Assembly: GCA_047719095.1 (NCBI GenBank)
Contig: JBDNSL010000002.1
Span: 10,909 to 74,908 of the forward strand
From: Acetobacter sp.
GTDB lineage: Bacteria; Pseudomonadota; Alphaproteobacteria; Acetobacterales; Acetobacteraceae
DNA length: 64,000 nt
Direction of reading: 5' to 3'
Below the pieces are notes generated by a model. The model was not told the origin of the DNA, searched no databases, and saw only the letters and a list, made by a program, of their open reading frames with translations. Shown piece after piece: positions 47,770 to 58,106 of this stretch (positions are counted from its first letter, which is position 1; every line of letters starts with the position of its first letter). The translations under genes and the position numbers were made by a program.

Positions 47770-48249
47770 ATGTCCGCCGTTGAAAATCCGACCGGTAGCG
47801 TAGGCATAAAGGTTCGGCGACTTTCTCATGGACGGAACCTGCCACTGCCAGCCTATGCAACCAGCGGCGCCGCAGGCATGGACCTTCTGGCAGCCCTAGA
47901 TGCCCCTTTGCGCCTTGAACCCGGGCAAAGAGGGGTGGTTCCAACCGGCTTGAGCATTGCCCTTCCCACTGGGTACGAATTGCAGGTGCGCCCCCGCTCC
48001 GGGCTGGCTCTTAAACACGGCATTGTTCTGCCCAACGCGCCGGGCACCATTGATGAGGACTATCGGGGCGAGGTTGGCGTTATTATTATGAACGCCGGAC
48101 ACGAAGCGTTTGTCATAGAACCCGGAATGCGCATTGCGCAGGCAGTTATTGCCCCCGTTGTGCGTGCTGCGTGGATCGAATGTGATGATCTGGATGAAAC
48201 AGAACGCGGCACGGGAGGGTTTGGCAGTACGGGAACGGGAGTGTCATGA
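47770..48249 (+). CDS. dut: dUTP diphosphatase
   Basis: [36 protein letters not shown]. Confidence 0.97.
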   Translation: MSAVENPTGSVGIKVRRLSHGRNLPLPAYATSGAAGMDLLAALDAPLRLEPGQRGVVPTGLSIALPTGYELQVRPRSGLALKHGIVLPNAPGTIDEDYRGEVGVIIMNAGHEAFVIEPGMRIAQAVIAPVVRAAWIECDDLDETERGTGGFGSTGTGVS

Positions 48250-49991
48250 ACGACCCCAAGCAGGACTTTGCGTTCTCCCCTGAGTTATGTTCCTCACTTC
48301 CCGCGTCATGCGGAAAAAGGAACGGGAGATGGCTGGCCGGGTTAATCGTTTTTACGGTCATTCTACTAAGTGTTTCGTACGTTCCTTTTACGGCTCCCGC
48401 CATTTTGGGTGGGGAGGGCACGCTAACACTTGGGCTTGCATCTCTGCCCGATTACGCAGCCCATACCATATTGCGTATGTTGGCGGGGCTGGTCCTGTCG
48501 CTTTTGTCGGCCCTAGTGTGTGTAGCACTCATATTCAGGAGCCGTTGGGCGGCCAAATGCCTGCTGCCTTTGCTGGATGTTGGGCAGTCTTTTCCCGTTC
48601 TGGCTATTCCCCTACTGGTTCTGCCTTTTGTGCAGGGGTATTGCTCTACCCAAGGCCTTGGTGAGGGCGTGGTGGTTGTTATGACCATCTGGTGCAGCCA
48701 GTTCTGGGGCATGGTGCAGGTTTTGTGCCAGCGGTTTTATGGTGTTCCGGCTGAACTGGAAGATGTGGCCTGTTGCTTTGGGCTAACATCGTGGCAGAAA
48801 TTCTGGCAGTTGGAAGTCCCTTTTGCCATTCCCGCATTAGTGCGCAAAACCATGCTTTCCATGGGAGGGAGCTGGTTTGCTGCACTTTACGCGGAAAGTG
48901 TGGTGCTGGATGGGCATGACCGGTTTTTTGCGGGTCTGGGTTCGTATGTCCGGCAGGCAGCTGTTACGCAGGATGTGGGGGGCTTGCTGGCAGCCCTTGC
49001 GTGCATGCTGGTTGTTATTGCTCTTTTTGACCAGCTTCTGTTCCGTCCATTGTCGGCATGGGCTGTGCGTTTTCAGCCCACAAAGGTGGGGGAGCTTCCG
49101 CCTGCCGAACCGTGGTTTCTCAAGCTTTTGCGGCGCACGCATGTGTTTCGTCTGTGTGTTCTGTTCTGCGTGGGAGCTGGGCGTAAATTAAGTCGGCTAC
49201 CTTTTGGCGCGCGCTATGTGCAGGGGCACAAGGTTGATACTGGAGGGGGGCATTCTGGCTGGGTTGCCTCTGGTCTGGGCCTTGTGGTGGTCGGGCTTGC
49301 CGTGACGCTGGCATGGCCGCACCTGCATGCGGTTTATGGGGTGCCAGTTATCCTGAACGTTCTCCTGTGTGGCGCAGCAACCGGTTTGCGGGTGTTTGTT
49401 ATGGTCGCACTTGTCTCTGTGGTCTGGATACCGCTTGGTGTCTGGCTGGGGCTTAGGTCATCCCATGCAAGGCGGGTGCAGCATCTTATTCAGTATTGCA
49501 CCGTTTTTCCTGCCAACCTGTTTTTTCCATTATGGGCGGCCGTGCTGGCCATTTGCCCATTTGTACCAGCCTACTGGCAATCCCCACTGATTGTGCTGGG
49601 AGCGCAGTGGTATATTGCACTGGGCGTTCTGGCGGGTGCAAGCGCTTACCCGTCCGATCTGCTGGAGGCTGCGCGGAACCTGAATGTTCGTGGCAGCCTA
49701 TGGTGGCGCAAGGTGCTGCTGCCCGGCATTTTGCCGTACTATCTGGCTGGCCTTGTGGCCGCGACCAGCAGCGCATGGAACGCCGCCATTGCTGCTGAGT
49801 GGCTTGTATGGGGCCAGACAAGCCTGAGCGTGACCGGCCTTGGCAGCTTTATGGCCAAGGCGTCTGCCCAAGGCAATGTGAGCGCGGTGGCACTCGGCGC
49901 TGTAACCCTGTGCCTGTTCATGATGCTTTTGAACGCCTTTTTATGGCGTCCCCTGTCTGATCATGTTTCCCGCCGTCTAAAACTGAATTGA
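48246..49991 (+). CDS. ABC transporter permease with two fused TM domains (NitT/TauT-like)
   Basis: Two BPD_transp_1-like halves (second with LLEAAR EAA loop); FDQLLFRP and FPANL motifs; upstream of ABC ATPase. Confidence 0.82.
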   Translation: MNDPKQDFAFSPELCSSLPASCGKRNGRWLAGLIVFTVILLSVSYVPFTAPAILGGEGTLTLGLASLPDYAAHTILRMLAGLVLSLLSALVCVALIFRSRWAAKCLLPLLDVGQSFPVLAIPLLVLPFVQGYCSTQGLGEGVVVVMTIWCSQFWGMVQVLCQRFYGVPAELEDVACCFGLTSWQKFWQLEVPFAIPALVRKTMLSMGGSWFAALYAESVVLDGHDRFFAGLGSYVRQAAVTQDVGGLLAALACMLVVIALFDQLLFRPLSAWAVRFQPTKVGELPPAEPWFLKLLRRTHVFRLCVLFCVGAGRKLSRLPFGARYVQGHKVDTGGGHSGWVASGLGLVVVGLAVTLAWPHLHAVYGVPVILNVLLCGAATGLRVFVMVALVSVVWIPLGVWLGLRSSHARRVQHLIQYCTVFPANLFFPLWAAVLAICPFVPAYWQSPLIVLGAQWYIALGVLAGASAYPSDLLEAARNLNVRGSLWWRKVLLPGILPYYLAGLVAATSSAWNAAIAAEWLVWGQTSLSVTGLGSFMAKASAQGNVSAVALGAVTLCLFMMLLNAFLWRPLSDHVSRRLKLN

Positions 49992-50006
49992 ACGGATTAA
50001 CCTGGA

Positions 50007-51362
50007 ATGGTGTTTCCCTCTCAACCTGGGCGCAATGCGTCGCAACAGACAGTTCTGGCGGAATTGCGCCATATCCGACAGTTCTATCACAAAGACAGCA
50101 CTGCGGATGTGCAAGTTCTTGATGATGTCAACCTGAGCATTCATGCAGGCGAGATTGTAGGGCTTCTCGGACGTTCGGGGTCTGGAAAATCCACGCTTTT
50201 GCGGATTATTGCAGGGCTGTTGCCCCCAACCTCTGGGGATGTGCTGTGGAAGGGCGAACCCCTTAAGGGGCCGACACAGGATGTTGCTATTGTTTTTCAG
50301 TCCTTTGCACTTTTCCCATGGATGACCATTGAGGAAAATGTTGCCTTGGGGTTGGATGCCAAAGGGGTGCCTGCGGCTGAGCGCGATGCTCTGGTGGAAA
50401 GTGCCATAGAACTGATTGGTCTTGGTGGGTACGAAAACGCCTGGCCCAAGGAACTTTCGGGGGGAATGCAGCAGCGCGTAGGGCTGGCGCGGGCACTTGT
50501 GGTGAACCCCGCACTGTTATTGATGGATGAACCTTTCTCCGCCCTTGATGTGCTGACAGCCGAGAACCTGAGAACCGATCTGGTGGAACTCTGGTCCGAC
50601 AATAAGCTGCCCGTGCAGAGTATGCTGATAGTGACGCACAACATTGAAGAAGCGGTGTTGATGTGCGACCGGATTGTTATTTCCTCCTCCAATCCGGGGC
50701 GTATTGCGCATGTTCTGCCTGTCCCCTTCCCGCACCCGCGCAATCGGGAGGACGCGGCTTTCCGCCAGTTGGTCGATCATATTTATGCCCTGATGACCCA
50801 ACGCGCCCCCATTATCTCGGAAGCAGACCTGATGCATCGCTCTGCGGCGTCTGCGTCTGTTGCACCCGCGTTCAGGGCGTTGGTTCCTGTCTCCATCACC
50901 ATGATGATTGGTATGATGGAGGCTTTGGCGGCCCCTCCCCTGAATGGCCGTGCAGATCTGCCGGTCCTTGCTGAAAAGCTTCAGCTTGAACTTGATGACC
51001 TGTTCCCGCTAGGCGAATCTCTGGAGTTGCTGGCGTTGGCCGAACTGGAGGATGGCGACATTCTCCTGACCAACGAAGGCGTTCATTTTGTCCTGAGCGA
51101 TCTGGAAGAGCGCAAGGCTATAATGGGCCATGCACTCAGGCACCATGTGCCATTGGTCAAAATGATTTGCGCGTTGCTGGATGAACGGCCGACGCATAAT
51201 GTTAAGGCAGAGCGCTTCCGCGATGAGCTGGAAGCCTGCATGTCCCCCGATTATGCCCGGCAGACACTCCAGACCATTATCGGCTGGACCCGCTTTGCAG
51301 AACTGTTTGATTATGATGAAGAAAGTGACCGCTTTTTTCTGCCAGATGACAGCCGCGAATAA
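50007..51362 (+). CDS. Nitrate/sulfonate-type ABC ATP-binding protein with C-terminal extension
   Basis: GRSGSGKS, LSGGMQQR, LMDEPFSALD, VTHN; long C-terminal domain. Confidence 0.92.
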   Translation: MVFPSQPGRNASQQTVLAELRHIRQFYHKDSTADVQVLDDVNLSIHAGEIVGLLGRSGSGKSTLLRIIAGLLPPTSGDVLWKGEPLKGPTQDVAIVFQSFALFPWMTIEENVALGLDAKGVPAAERDALVESAIELIGLGGYENAWPKELSGGMQQRVGLARALVVNPALLLMDEPFSALDVLTAENLRTDLVELWSDNKLPVQSMLIVTHNIEEAVLMCDRIVISSSNPGRIAHVLPVPFPHPRNREDAAFRQLVDHIYALMTQRAPIISEADLMHRSAASASVAPAFRALVPVSITMMIGMMEALAAPPLNGRADLPVLAEKLQLELDDLFPLGESLELLALAELEDGDILLTNEGVHFVLSDLEERKAIMGHALRHHVPLVKMICALLDERPTHNVKAERFRDELEACMSPDYARQTLQTIIGWTRFAELFDYDEESDRFFLPDDSRE

Positions 51363-51902
51363 TCAGGGATCAGAGCGCAGCAGTGTGCCCAGCTCCTGCC
51401 GGGCCTTTGCCAGTTTTGGCGCAATAACGGCCTGACAGTACCCAGCATGGGGGTGGAGCGCGTAATAGTTATGATGCTCCACTTCTGCGGGCCAGAAGAC
51501 ATCCAGCGGGCAAAGCTGTGTTACAGGCTTGGCCCCCCATAGATTACTGTCGGTTATGGATTGGATAACCTCTTTGGCAATATCGTGTTGCTGGGCAGAG
51601 GTATAAAAAATAACGGACCGATACTGGCTTCCAATATCATGCCCCTGCCTGTTGGGCGTTGTGGGGTCATGCAGAACAAAAAAACTTTGTAGAATCTGCT
51701 GGTAGTCCAGAGTGGTGGGGTCCCACTCCAGTTTGACCACCTCGGCGTGGCCTGTCTGCCCGGAGCAGACCTGCTGATAGGTAGGCTGTGCCACCGTGCC
51801 ACCCGCATACCCGGGAATAACCGAGGTTATGCCGCGCATCTGGCGATACACGGCATCAAGGCACCAGAAACAACCACCACCCAGTACTGCTGTTTCTACC
51901 AT
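51363..51902 (-). CDS. msrA: Peptide methionine sulfoxide reductase A
   Basis: GGGCFWC, TGHAEVV, HDPT, QYRS, AE..HHNYY. Confidence 0.95.
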   Translation of the reverse strand: MVETAVLGGGCFWCLDAVYRQMRGITSVIPGYAGGTVAQPTYQQVCSGQTGHAEVVKLEWDPTTLDYQQILQSFFVLHDPTTPNRQGHDIGSQYRSVIFYTSAQQHDIAKEVIQSITDSNLWGAKPVTQLCPLDVFWPAEVEHHNYYALHPHAGYCQAVIAPKLAKARQELGTLLRSDP

Positions 51903-51953
51903 GCCGGTCGTTCCTTGCGTTGTTGGCCCCGCTTTTGCGCGGGGCCGGGTTGG

Positions 51954-54650
51954 TCAGGCTATGCGGGACAGGGCTGCCTTCAGCCGCGCACATTCGCCTT
52001 GCTGGTTTTCCAGACGGTCGCGCATTTCCTGCACGATTTCTGGCTTGGCGCGGCTGACAAAGTTTTCATTCCCAAGTTTTTTTTCTGTCTTGGCGACTTC
52101 ATCTTCCGCCTTGGACAGTTCTTTTGTCAGGCGTTCGCGCTCAACAGACAGATCAATCAGCCCTTCAAGGGGGATAATCACGGTGGCTTCATCCACCACG
52201 GCCTGCGCGGAGCCTTTGGGAATATCGCCAGTGAGCGAACTGGTCTGTGTTACCCGTGCCATCCGGCAGATGGCTTCCTGCCACCGTCCGACGCGCTCCA
52301 GTGTTAAAGGAGTTGCATCTTTGAGCAGTACTGGTGCCGTCTGGGAGGGAGGCACATTCATTTCAGCCCGAACGGTACGAATTTCCGTAATCAGGCGAAT
52401 AATCTGCTCGCATTCTGCCACGGCATCGGCCGCACCCGTGGGGGCTTCGGGTTGTGGCCACTGTGCACCAATCAGGCTGCCTTCCTCACCAAACCCAAAT
52501 TCGTGCCACAGGGTGTCGGTTACAAAGGGGACAACAGGCTGGAGCAGACGCAGGATAACCCCAAGCACATGGCCTGCAACGTCCCGGATTTCCGCTGCTT
52601 CCTGAACATTTTGGGAGTTGAAGACCGGCTTTGCAAATTCAAGGAACCAGTCGCAGAAGCGGTTCCATACAAAGCGGTAGCAGGTTAGTGCGTATTCATC
52701 AAAACGGTAAGCATCCAGTGCGCGGGTTGCATCTGCAATGGCTGTGGCCGCTTCGGCCAGAATCCAGCGCCCCAGAGGCGACTGGACCTGTTTGGGGTCA
52801 AAATTAACCGGGGCTTTTACACCGTTCATTTCGCAAAAGCGTGCGGCGTTCCAGAGTTTGGTAATGAAGGAGCGATAGTCCTCCACCCGCTTGCGACCCA
52901 GCTTGACGTCACGCCCGATGCCCGTAAGCGCACAAATGGTAAAGCGCATGGCATCCGCGCCGTAATCCTCGATCAGTTCGAGCGGGTCAATGCCATTGCC
53001 TTTGCTTTTGGACATTTTCTGCCCGTGCTCGTCCCGCACCAGACCATGGATGAAAATGTTGCGGAACGGCACATCATGCATAAAGTGCTGGCCCATCATC
53101 ATCATTCTGGCGACCCAGAAGAAGATAATGTCAAACCCTGTTACCAGCACATCCGTTGGGTAGTAACGGTCCAGTTCAGGTGTTTTGTCCGGCCAGCCAA
53201 GGGTGGAAAATGGCCATAGAGCGGAAGAGAACCACGTATCCAGCACGTCCTCGTCCTGAGTGAGTGGTTCGTCCTTGCCGTAGTGGGCCAGTGCCTGTTT
53301 TTGTGCGTCTTCGGTGTCATGGGCGACAAAAACGTGTCCGTCCGGGCCATACCATGCGGGAATGCGGTGGCCCCACCACAACTGGCGAGAAATGCACCAG
53401 GGCTGAATGTCGCGCATCCATGCAAAAAAGGTGTTTTCCCACTGTTTGGGTATAAAGCTGGCACGGCCCGATGTAATGGCCTCTATGGCGGGGCCAGCAA
53501 GCTTGCCCGCATCGCAGTACCACTGGGTTGTCAGCCGTGGTTCAACAACCGCCCCGCCCCGCTCCGCGTGGGGAACCTGATGGCGGTGGGGTTCAATTTT
53601 TTCCAGCCAGCCGGTTTCTTCCAGTTTGGCCACAATGGCTTTGCGTGCCTCCTCGCGCGTGGTTCCGGCAAGGGCGTGTACAAAAGCGGGGTCAGCCAGC
53701 CCATCACACGCGCTGAGTTCACTTTCTATGTCGTCCAGAACAATCCGGGCCTGCTCGTCCAGAACGCTCAGCATGGGGAGCTGGTGCCTGCGGCCGACCT
53801 CAAAGTCATTAAAGTCATGCGCTGGGGTGATTTTGACCGCACCGGTCCCTTTTTCCGGGTCGGAATACTCATCTGCCACAATCGGGATCAGGCGACCTGT
53901 CAGGGGTAGGCGAACAAATTTACCGACCAGAGCCTGATAGCGCTCATCCTCGGGGTGGACGGCCACTGCCGTGTCACCCAGCATGGTTTCGGGGCGGGTT
54001 GTGGCCACTGTAATGGTCGCATCGCCCATGCCCTCAACCGGGTAGCGGATGTACCATAGATTGCCCGCGACATCCTTGCTTTCCACCTCCAGATCGGAAA
54101 TGGCGGAGCGGAAGGCGGGGTCCCAGTTGACCAAACGCCTGTCCCGGTAGATCAGGCCGTCTTTGTGAAGGGAGACAAAAACCTCCTTCACCGCGCGGGA
54201 CAGGCCCTCGTCCATGGTAAAGCGTTCGCGCGACCAGTCTAGCGAGGCACCAAGGCGGCGCAACTGGCGGGTAATGCCGCCACCTGACTGCTCTTTCCAT
54301 TGCCAGACACGCTCAATAAACGCGTCGCGGCCCATATCCTGCCGGGTGGTTTTGCCTTCTGCTGCCAGAGTGCGCTCAACCACCATTTGCGTGGCAATGC
54401 CCGCGTGGTCCGTGCCGGGTTGCCACAGCGTGTCAAACCCCTGCATGCGCTTCCAGCGGATCAGGGTGTCTTGCAATGTCATGGTCAACGCGTGGCCCAT
54501 ATGGAGCGTGCCGGTAACATTGGGTGGCGGGATCATGATGGTAAAAGGTTTTTTGTCGCTTGCTGGCTGTGCGGAGAAAGCTTTTTTGCTTTCCCATAGC
54601 TCGTACAGCCGATTTTCTGTTTGTGCAGGCTCAAAAGTCTTGTTCAGCAT
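51954..54650 (-). CDS. valS: Valine-tRNA ligase
   Basis: PPPNVTGTLHMGH (HIGH), KMSKS, WCISRQLWWGH, C-terminal coiled coil. Confidence 0.98.
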   Translation of the reverse strand: MLNKTFEPAQTENRLYELWESKKAFSAQPASDKKPFTIMIPPPNVTGTLHMGHALTMTLQDTLIRWKRMQGFDTLWQPGTDHAGIATQMVVERTLAAEGKTTRQDMGRDAFIERVWQWKEQSGGGITRQLRRLGASLDWSRERFTMDEGLSRAVKEVFVSLHKDGLIYRDRRLVNWDPAFRSAISDLEVESKDVAGNLWYIRYPVEGMGDATITVATTRPETMLGDTAVAVHPEDERYQALVGKFVRLPLTGRLIPIVADEYSDPEKGTGAVKITPAHDFNDFEVGRRHQLPMLSVLDEQARIVLDDIESELSACDGLADPAFVHALAGTTREEARKAIVAKLEETGWLEKIEPHRHQVPHAERGGAVVEPRLTTQWYCDAGKLAGPAIEAITSGRASFIPKQWENTFFAWMRDIQPWCISRQLWWGHRIPAWYGPDGHVFVAHDTEDAQKQALAHYGKDEPLTQDEDVLDTWFSSALWPFSTLGWPDKTPELDRYYPTDVLVTGFDIIFFWVARMMMMGQHFMHDVPFRNIFIHGLVRDEHGQKMSKSKGNGIDPLELIEDYGADAMRFTICALTGIGRDVKLGRKRVEDYRSFITKLWNAARFCEMNGVKAPVNFDPKQVQSPLGRWILAEAATAIADATRALDAYRFDEYALTCYRFVWNRFCDWFLEFAKPVFNSQNVQEAAEIRDVAGHVLGVILRLLQPVVPFVTDTLWHEFGFGEEGSLIGAQWPQPEAPTGAADAVAECEQIIRLITEIRTVRAEMNVPPSQTAPVLLKDATPLTLERVGRWQEAICRMARVTQTSSLTGDIPKGSAQAVVDEATVIIPLEGLIDLSVERERLTKELSKAEDEVAKTEKKLGNENFVSRAKPEIVQEMRDRLENQQGECARLKAALSRIA

Positions 54651-54671
54651 ATTTATCCAACCACACCACGT

Positions 54672-54704
54672 AAAAAAGGCGGAAGGCATCTAGCCCCCGC
54701 CTTT
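54672..54704 (-). terminator. Intrinsic terminator downstream of popZ
   Basis: Minus strand AAAGGCGGGGGC-TAGAT-GCCTTCCGCC followed by TTTTTT. Confidence 0.75.
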
Positions 54705-54786
54705 GCAAAGCAATTAACAGACCACAGGATTCCCCTCCATTGGCCCGCTCCCATAGGGTTACAGGCCGGTGGAGGGGAAGAAAACC

Positions 54787-55407
54787 TTACAGACCGCGCT
54801 GCGTCAGGCGTTCAACTTCCTTGCGTACAGCAGCCTGCACAATGCTTGCCAGATGGGCATCAAGCCATTTTTTGAGGAAAACGCGCACTTCCTGGCGCAC
54901 GATGTCTTCAACCGTCAGAGACCCTTCATGCGTGACAGCCACTTTTCTCTCCTCATGTTCTCTAAGATATTTTTCCTGCAGGCTTTTCTGCAGAACAGCA
55001 AACGAATTGGCGGTATCGGAAACCGTTTCGTCATTCAGGGGGATGGGCAATGGACCAGACATGGTATGTTCAGCCTTTTTGTTAAGTTCGATCTGCCTGA
55101 GATCCGTTACAGATAATACTTCATCATGATCCACGGCCCGCGGTTGCACAAGGTCGGCCTTGCCGCCTGCCTGAGCTGTATCCGTGGTACGGGTGGGGAC
55201 AGCGGGAGCTTCTTTTTCCCCCTGCTGCGCAGAGTCCATCATGGATGGAGAGAGGACAAGCACATCGTCGTCCTGTTCATCCTGCGGCTCCGGGGCATGT
55301 TCTGCTGTAGCCGAGAGGTGCTCATCATGCAGTACCTGCCGAATGGAAGACAGGGTATCCGCTACGGATTTACCTGTTTCTTCTGATGAGTCCTGAGGCG
55401 ACACCAT
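54787..55407 (-). CDS. popZ: Polar organizing protein PopZ (DUF2497)
   Basis: N-terminal helix SVADTLSSIRQVL, acidic linker, C-terminal TVEDIVR..LKKWLDAHL..VRKEVERL; tolC-popZ-valS synteny. Confidence 0.88.
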   Translation of the reverse strand: MVSPQDSSEETGKSVADTLSSIRQVLHDEHLSATAEHAPEPQDEQDDDVLVLSPSMMDSAQQGEKEAPAVPTRTTDTAQAGGKADLVQPRAVDHDEVLSVTDLRQIELNKKAEHTMSGPLPIPLNDETVSDTANSFAVLQKSLQEKYLREHEERKVAVTHEGSLTVEDIVRQEVRVFLKKWLDAHLASIVQAAVRKEVERLTQRGL

Positions 55408-55437
55408 ACAAACATCCCTGCCACTGCTGGCTTAACA

Positions 55438-56877
55438 TTATCGACCCGGCTGGTTGAGCGCGTAATCGTTCAACCCCCATAACCGATCCTTTACCGCGTT
55501 ATAGTATGCTTTGTCATCATAAAGGGGAACATTCAGCTTAAGATCGGATGCGGTCAGGCGCCCAATGGCTGCGGCCACGTTGTAGGAGGCAAGGACCATG
55601 CTGCTCAGGCTTTGCACAAGTGCGACCTGCGCTTGCAGCAGTGTCTCCTGCTGCTGCAGGACTGCAAGGGTTGTGCTTGTGCCAACCATGGCCTGCCGTT
55701 CTACCCCGCCCAGTGCCACTGTGCCTGCCTTGATGGCGATCCGGTTGCTGGCGATGGAAGCCTGATAGGTAACCAGCTTCTGCCAGTTGGAAACCGCGTC
55801 TTGTGCGGCCGCTCGCCGTTGCACGTCCACTTCCCGGTGGGCTTCCTGTGCGAGTTGCTTGGCCTGCCGGACTGCTGCATATTCCGAGCCGCCCTGATAA
55901 ATGGGGACATTGAAATTGAGAGCGGCGTATTTGCTGTCGTTAATCTGGTTATTCAGGGCTTGGTTAACCTGCCGCTGGTAGCCCAGTGTTGCAGATACTT
56001 TGGGCATGATGGTGGACATGGCAACGCCCACGGAATCTTTGTGCGAGGCTTCGGTAAAAAGAGCGTGAATGACATCAGGGTTATTCCTGACCGCCATGGC
56101 AGCAGCAGTCTGCTCGTTTTTTACGGGGAGCACCAAAGGTTGTGGTGGCACAAGGTTTGGCGGCGGCGCCATGCCTACCACCTGCATGTAGGTCGCCTGT
56201 GCGGTCTGCAATGTACCTTCGGACTGTTGCCGTGTTGCCTGCGCGGAGGCATAGGCTGCTTCGGCCTGTGCTACGTCGGTACGGGTAATCTCCCCTACCC
56301 TGAAGCGTTCATTGGTTGCCCGTAACTGCTGCTGAAGAACCTGCTCATTATTAATATTCAGTTGCAGGATCTGTTCATCTTCAATCACGCCCACATAGGC
56401 GCTGACGACCTGTTTGAACACCTGCTGCTCAACCGAAATAAGGTGCGCGCGCGCCGCCATGACCTGATTGACGGCTGCATGCGTAGCTGCAGTAGTTTTG
56501 CCCCCGCTGTAAATCGGCTGGTTGATTGCAACCCCGGCGGAATACCCCGGTGTATTGTAACGTCGCAGGCTCTCATGCGTGCGCGGGTGGCCTATCCCTT
56601 CGTAGTCGTTGATCCCGTTGTAATAAGAAAGCCCGACCTCCCCGGTTACAGTGGGGTGCCAGCCAGCCAGAGCCGTGGGTACCTGTTCATCCGTGGCGCG
56701 CAGCGTTGCCCGTGCCGCCTGTAGGGTCGGATTTGTCAGATATGCGGCCGACAGTGATTCCTGCAATGTGTGTGGGATAAAGGCGGGGGAGCCGCTCCCA
56801 TCGTATTTTTGCGCCCATGCGGTGGTCCCGCACAGGATGACCGCCATACTCAGGCCGGTTTCGCAAATACGCCGCAT
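55438..56877 (-). CDS. tolC: TolC family outer membrane protein
   Basis: Signal peptide, NPTLQAARA, QPIYSGG, RFRVGEITRTDVAQAE, PIYQGG. Confidence 0.92.
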   Translation of the reverse strand: MRRICETGLSMAVILCGTTAWAQKYDGSGSPAFIPHTLQESLSAAYLTNPTLQAARATLRATDEQVPTALAGWHPTVTGEVGLSYYNGINDYEGIGHPRTHESLRRYNTPGYSAGVAINQPIYSGGKTTAATHAAVNQVMAARAHLISVEQQVFKQVVSAYVGVIEDEQILQLNINNEQVLQQQLRATNERFRVGEITRTDVAQAEAAYASAQATRQQSEGTLQTAQATYMQVVGMAPPPNLVPPQPLVLPVKNEQTAAAMAVRNNPDVIHALFTEASHKDSVGVAMSTIMPKVSATLGYQRQVNQALNNQINDSKYAALNFNVPIYQGGSEYAAVRQAKQLAQEAHREVDVQRRAAAQDAVSNWQKLVTYQASIASNRIAIKAGTVALGGVERQAMVGTSTTLAVLQQQETLLQAQVALVQSLSSMVLASYNVAAAIGRLTASDLKLNVPLYDDKAYYNAVKDRLWGLNDYALNQPGR

Positions 56878-57001
56878 AAGGCTGCTCCTGCTTGCCAGTT
56901 ACCGCAATGTGCTTACGGCCCCGTTCAATGCCATGATGTGAGATTAAATTCCAATTTATAGTTTGTGTGTTGCAAAAACAGGCTGCACTTATGCCACGAT
57001 T

Positions 57002-57670
57002 CTAAAAGGAAAAACTGCTCTCAGGCGCCATGCTGGGCAGTAGCGGTGCCTGCGCTTCAAACAGGGGTGTTACTCTGAATGGCTTGGAATATCCGGGCTC
57101 CCGAACCGCGCTGAACGCTTCTGGCAGGGAGTGGCCTGTTTGCAACAGCCCCACAATACGGCCATGGCCGGTAAGCTGAGCAGCGCAGAACGCGGGTAGT
57201 GCCGCAATGCAGCCGTCAAAATAGATCAGGTCATAGGGGGCCGATTCTGCATCTCCTTGGGAGAGTGGTCCCTGCTTCCACACAACGCTGGGGGCATGGG
57301 CCGCACAGAAGGCCTTGCCGGTCTGGATGAGTTCAATATCCGATTCGAGAGCAGTCACACGCAGGCCCAGTCGGGCAAAAAGTGCGGCGGTGTAACCCGT
57401 TGCAGCACCCACAACCAGAACATGCTGGCCTGCAGATGGTTTGGCCGCCTGCACCAGACGGGCTGTTAGCAGGGGTTGTGGCAGTACCCGGCCCGGTGTC
57501 AGGGGCAGGCTTGTGTCCGCGTAGGCGGCATTGTGCAGATCAGGCCGCACGCAGTGCTCACGCGGGAGGTGGCGCATAAGGTCCAGAATACGCGAATCGG
57601 TAATTTCTGAGGGACGTAGCTGATCATCCACCATCAGGTCCCGTGCCTGAGCATACATGGGTGCATCCAT
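57002..57670 (-). CDS. pcm: Protein-L-isoaspartate O-methyltransferase family protein
   Basis: ARDLMVDDQLRP, LPRE, VLVVGAATGY, APYDLI; AAGGAG RBS at this start (alternative start 57715). Confidence 0.85.
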   Translation of the reverse strand: MDAPMYAQARDLMVDDQLRPSEITDSRILDLMRHLPREHCVRPDLHNAAYADTSLPLTPGRVLPQPLLTARLVQAAKPSAGQHVLVVGAATGYTAALFARLGLRVTALESDIELIQTGKAFCAAHAPSVVWKQGPLSQGDAESAPYDLIYFDGCIAALPAFCAAQLTGHGRIVGLLQTGHSLPEAFSAVREPGYSKPFRVTPLFEAQAPLLPSMAPESSFSF

Positions 57671-57866
57671 TGACTGTTCTCCTTGGGGCATGGCGGTGGC
57701 CGCATGTACATTCATGTCGCGTAATCTCCTGATGGACCCTTTGCCCGGCAGACCTATGCCAACCATGGGTTAGGTCCCTGTCTGGCATACTGCTTTAAAA
57801 TTGGCACAACACAACGGCTTGACCAATTTGGTGGAAAAGGACATAACACACCCACATTGCACCGCT

Positions 57867-57940
57867 GGTCCGGTGGCAGAATGGTGATGTAGCGGACTGC
57901 AAATCCGCGTATGTGGGTTCGATTCCCGCCCGGACCTCCA
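57867..57940 (+). tRNA. tRNA-Cys (GCA)
   Basis: 74 nt; acceptor GGTCCGG/CCGGACC, anticodon arm GCGGA-CTGCAAA-TCCGC, T-loop GTTCGATTC, U discriminator, encoded CCA. Confidence 0.96.
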
Positions 57941-58054
57941 CTCCCCCTTGAAAATGAATGACGCTTGTTGACATTTCTCGCGGAAAACTGCGCTTTGTCA
58001 CTCTGTGCCTTATGACATGGAATGATGCCGGGAGACGGGGAATGACAGGTATTC

Positions 58055-58094
58055 TGGGGGTATATTTGGGGGTAGCATCTCCATGCTGGGGGTA
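58055..58094 (+). repeat. Three direct repeats TGGGGGTA (candidate integrase arm-type sites)
   Basis: Copies at 58055-58062, 58067-58074 and 58087-58094, between the tRNA and the integrase start. Confidence 0.65.
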
Positions 58095-58106
58095 TCGGGG
58101 ATGTTC

